From Fimicolochytrium jonesii (lineage: Eukaryota), in contig NW_026515672.1 in the NCBI RefSeq assembly GCF_025526975.1, positions 496,001 through 560,000 of the forward strand: a stretch of DNA of 64,000 nucleotides, given 5' to 3'. Within the stretch, counting starts at the first letter, position 1. Every line of letters begins with the position of its first letter. Below, piece after piece: positions 62,092 to 64,000 of this stretch. The notes below the pieces were generated by a model. It had not been told where the DNA came from. It worked only from the letters and a program-made list of their open reading frames with translations, and made no database searches. Made by a program: the position numbers and the translations under genes.

Positions 62092-62899
62092 GTACGCCCA
62101 GTTTCAGGAGGAAGCGGCGAGTGACCCAGCTGATCTTGCCACTGCCTACCATAAAAGAGGGCGCATGTTGGTGCAGATCAGAGACGAGCTTGCGTCCTTT
62201 TTGGGCGAGAGGGCGGCACTAGAAAGACATCAGATACGCAGGTCACTTACCAGTATATTTGAAAGATAGAGACGGTATAGAAGAAGTTCCCGATCCGCCA
62301 TCCATCTGACCCCGTACTGTACATGTATTATAGTCGTACGTAGCAAGCCAGAATTTAAATTGAGCCGGACCCACACACGTGACCCAACTCTGCCACTCCG
62401 TCTCTGCTAGCGGGAACAGCGTGAGAGTCTATTTGTTCATTTGTTGATTGGGGAAGAAAGATGCCGTTTCTCATCAGTCTGCTTGGAAGAGGAAGATCCC
62501 TTACCCGCATGTAAGTTTGTGTGCTTGGCTGCTGTCAGTAATGTGTTTGCTGTTGGACCCCGTCGCTGACAATATACGTACTCTCTTCCTGTGAATGCAG
62601 TCAACCGTCAAGAACGACGACCGAAGGCGCGGCATGTCGTCTCTCCCAAGTCTAATGCCATAACTGCCAGACTCAAGTCACCCGCACAAGTGATCGCGCG
62701 AATGCCAAGCAAGCACTCGCTACACCACACTAAGTGCCTTGGTTCCTTTCGAGACGGCGGTGGCTTCTGGAATATCGACAAACGGGCCAAGTGTGAGCCA
62801 ATATGTGATGAGACAATCAGGACGGATCTTATATATTATATATATTAGCTTTCAAAGCGCCAAGTGCGTTTGCCATGGGCAGAAGCCTTTGATCTTGGT

Positions 62900-63742
62900 T
62901 AACGTCCCTTTCCTCTCAGGCCGCTTTGAGGCTCCCTGGACGACAAAGCCGGCAGACGCGCTGTCGAAATTTTGCCCGCCACAACACATAGGCATGGTTC
63001 GCCTTCCGCGCTGTCCCCATTTGCAGGTTACTACGTCTGGCGCATTCAGTGGCCCGGGTAGGTATCGAGGCCCATTCGTTAACACGAAAGTGCTATTTGT
63101 TAATGTAAAGGCTTCGATACCGTCATCGACGCCACCATCGCTCGGTCGGCGAAGACCCATAGCTACGACTGCTCGCCCAAAATCTGCCCCTCCACTCAAC
63201 GTCCGCCCACTTCCTTCCCTCCACACTTTCCGCAGCAGGAACGGCATGCCGTGATGCCGTGCCGCTGGGGGTTTCGCCGAACCCGTGCCTGCACAGGGAT
63301 GCCAGAACACGCAACTCGAACGTCAGGAGGCATCGAACCTTCCCAACCAGCTGGAGTACTACCACCGTCTGGCCCAGCAACAGATGGAATTTCTTCATCA
63401 AGCAACCTGCGACAAACCAAGGCGCTCCCCCAGCAGGAGATAGCTCGCCACCAGGTCCACCAGGCCTTCTTTGACAAGAAAATTCGAGACATACGGACGC
63501 CCCTGTGCAATTTGAGATTGTTCAATGTCAATACAGACAGCAACTTCACCCACTCACTGTCGCTCACGCCGTCATACGGAACGGAGTGCATCTACCGTAC
63601 AATCCAGTCACATTCTACTTCAACTCGAACGCCAGGAGGCAGCAACGTCCCCAGCGGTTTCGAGTACTACGTCGACCATCTTGCGCAGCAGCAGATGGAC
63701 TTCATTCATCAAGAAAACCTACGACAGATTGAGACGAGGTAG
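62900..63742 (+). pseudogene. Decayed partial duplicates of the 58787-60466 orphan gene
   Basis: Two frameshifted copies (~63310-63470, ~63620-63742) of the segment 59740-59900 encoding RQEAGNLP..YYVDHLAQEQMEFLHQQNLRQI..QEIARHQVRQAF. Confidence 0.75.
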
Positions 63743-64000
63743 AGTCGGAGCCGCATCCGGAAAACATGCTTACCATCCCGAGCACTATCCCAGCGGACGG
63801 TTGAATAGATGTGTTGTCCTAGATGTTGGCGTCCCGCACATCTTGTCATTGACACGGCCTGCTCACCAAAAGACGAAGACAACAACCACCCACCTCACCC
63901 AGCCTCTCAATACGTCTATAATCACAACATCGATGGCGCTGCTCAGCCACCCTCTCGATACGTCTATAATCCCGTCGACAAACGTCGGGTCGGCATACGT

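Noticed and set aside
63900..63975. ~21-nt direct repeat cctctcRatacgtctataatc
   Set aside because: Two copies at the window edge; too little context to interpret

Overview
Eukaryotic, gene-dense, intron-rich window with short GT..AG introns and CTRAC-like branch points. It is most likely from a zoosporic (chytrid-like) fungus, because fungal-type genes (PKR1, QDE-1-like RdRP, Pdx2) sit beside flagellar/ciliary genes (ODAD3/CCDC151, CCDC191, a CLAMP-domain protein). About 24 protein genes are recognisable: cyclophilin PPIL3, a TBRG1-like FYR protein, RIC8, SNO1/Pdx2, ERD2, RGP1, SNU13, ODAD3, SANBR/KIAA1841, p24, RPL15, PKR1, CCDC191, a CFAP119-like protein, phenylalanine hydroxylase, ULP1, RFA2, RdRP, a VOC-fold protein, PRE9, a PPR protein, a SET protein and a few orphans. 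The most interesting non-annotated signals are: (1) a ~600-nt densely base-paired non-coding region upstream of RPL15 that ends just before a 5' splice site; (2) a canonical C/D-type kink-turn ~150 nt downstream of SNU13 on its sense strand, a possible autoregulatory element; (3) a phenylalanine hydroxylase with a mitochondrial-presequence-like N-terminus; (4) an RdRP with an apparent +1 frameshift; (5) decayed duplicates of an orphan protein motif. Exon boundaries and RNA helices were worked out by eye and family calls come from recalled motifs; no searches or folding programs were run.
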